From the NCBI RefSeq assembly GCF_964204645.1, contig NC_134030.1, forward strand, positions 4,506,778 to 4,570,777: a stretch of DNA of 64,000 nt, in the 5' to 3' direction. The DNA comes from Tubulanus polymorphus (Eukaryota > Animalia > Nemertea). The position numbers were made by a program, and so were the translations under genes. Positions 62,877 through 64,000 of the stretch are shown here, piece by piece. Positions within the stretch are counted from its first letter, which is position 1. The number at the start of each line of letters is the position of its first letter. The notes under the pieces are model-generated. The model made no database searches, was not told the DNA's origin, and saw only the letters and a list, made by a program, of their open reading frames with translations.

Positions 62877-64000
62877 CGCTGAGCGAGGGTTCGTTGCCGA
62901 CGGTAATCACGACGATGATGTATATGTTAGACGAGAGCGAGAAGGCTCCAATTGGCGGTTTTCGATCTTTTGCTTCGATGTCAATAGAAATTGATCTGAG
63001 GAAGCTCAAACTTGTCACCAATCAGCAATGGATAAAATGCAACTAATCGTATGAATTCTTTTGAATCTATATACCCGGAAGTATCAATATTTGACTGAAA
63101 TCGAAAATAGATATGAGTAAGGGAACAGACCCGGGAACTTCGAAAATTGTTTCAATGAGAAAATAAAAATGTGTTATGCCCGGAGAGCACGGCTGAAAGT
63201 AAGTTCATGAAATCGCGGTAAACTGGTTATGTAGCAAATAATCCCTGCAGCAAAATACATAAAAACGGATTTTCTGAATTCATTTTGTCGACAAGAATGG
63301 AATATACCACACCCTCCGACAAACGGTAGAAACAGGATATTCCACACAAGTCGTAACCCGCATTCAAAATAGATTAACTCTGCTTCTTTTTCAAAGATTT
63401 ATTTTTGTCGCAAATGCAAAGTGGATTTCTAAATGGAGTTGTCGCCTTCGCATCCATCGACGTTCTACTTCATCTACAAAACCTGATATCAAATTAACTG
63501 ACGCATCACCTAATGCACGACAACACAAAGATGCTAAATAAATGAACGAGTTACGACCACCTGATGATATTAATTTCGACAAATTGTCATCGTCGTTCTT
63601 TCGTTTGTCGTCGTCATTGGTACAACGTCTAATACGGACACAATATTACAAATGACAATAAATCAGATTAGAAAAAACGCGTTGAATGGATCGAGAATCA
63701 CAAAAGCGGCTTAACCGGAAAAAAAACTAGAAGACGCCACACCTAACATTTCCATTAGGTTTTGGGTCAGTGTCTTGAAATATACCGCGGGAATGAAACG
63801 TTCGAAAAAAAGCTTTCTTCAGTTTCGTAATCAGTAGAACTATTAGCGTTTCCTGCGTTAAATCCTTAAGGAATATTTCTCCTTTATCCTATAGAGTCGT
63901 GTATTTTAGATGAACACCTGCGTTTCGAATGAATACATTAAAAAAGAAAATCGACTGCTGGCGCTACATCGATTCGTTTCGCGTTGAGTTTCACTTTCTC

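Noticed and set aside
62000-63100. Possible inverted paralog of the WSC gene around repeat B copy 2
   Set aside because: Similarity is confined to the intronic repeat, and no WSC exon-like sequence flanks it.

Overview
Eukaryotic, AT-rich invertebrate genomic DNA with spliceosomal GT-AG introns. An HFAamide-type neuropeptide gene points to a lophotrochozoan/spiralian (inference). No rRNA, intact tRNA or CRISPR array was seen. The first ~44 kb has no convincing coding sequence. It carries a 5'-truncated L2/CR1-group LINE, several MITEs, simple repeats and candidate 5'-UTR exons of the main gene, an intronless 795-aa B-type (gar-2-like) muscarinic acetylcholine receptor (44692-47079, +). Within 12 kb downstream are three small spliced genes that the ORF track shows only in fragments and that I reassembled by hand. 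They are a secreted single-WSC-domain protein (121 aa, -), a GPI-anchored 8-cysteine Ly6/three-finger protein (110 aa, +, head-to-head with the WSC gene) and a two-exon HFAamide neuropeptide precursor (187 aa, -). The most intriguing observation is a three-finger protein with the 8-Cys scaffold also found in snake muscarinic toxins, encoded ~6 kb from a muscarinic receptor. A functional link is only a hypothesis.
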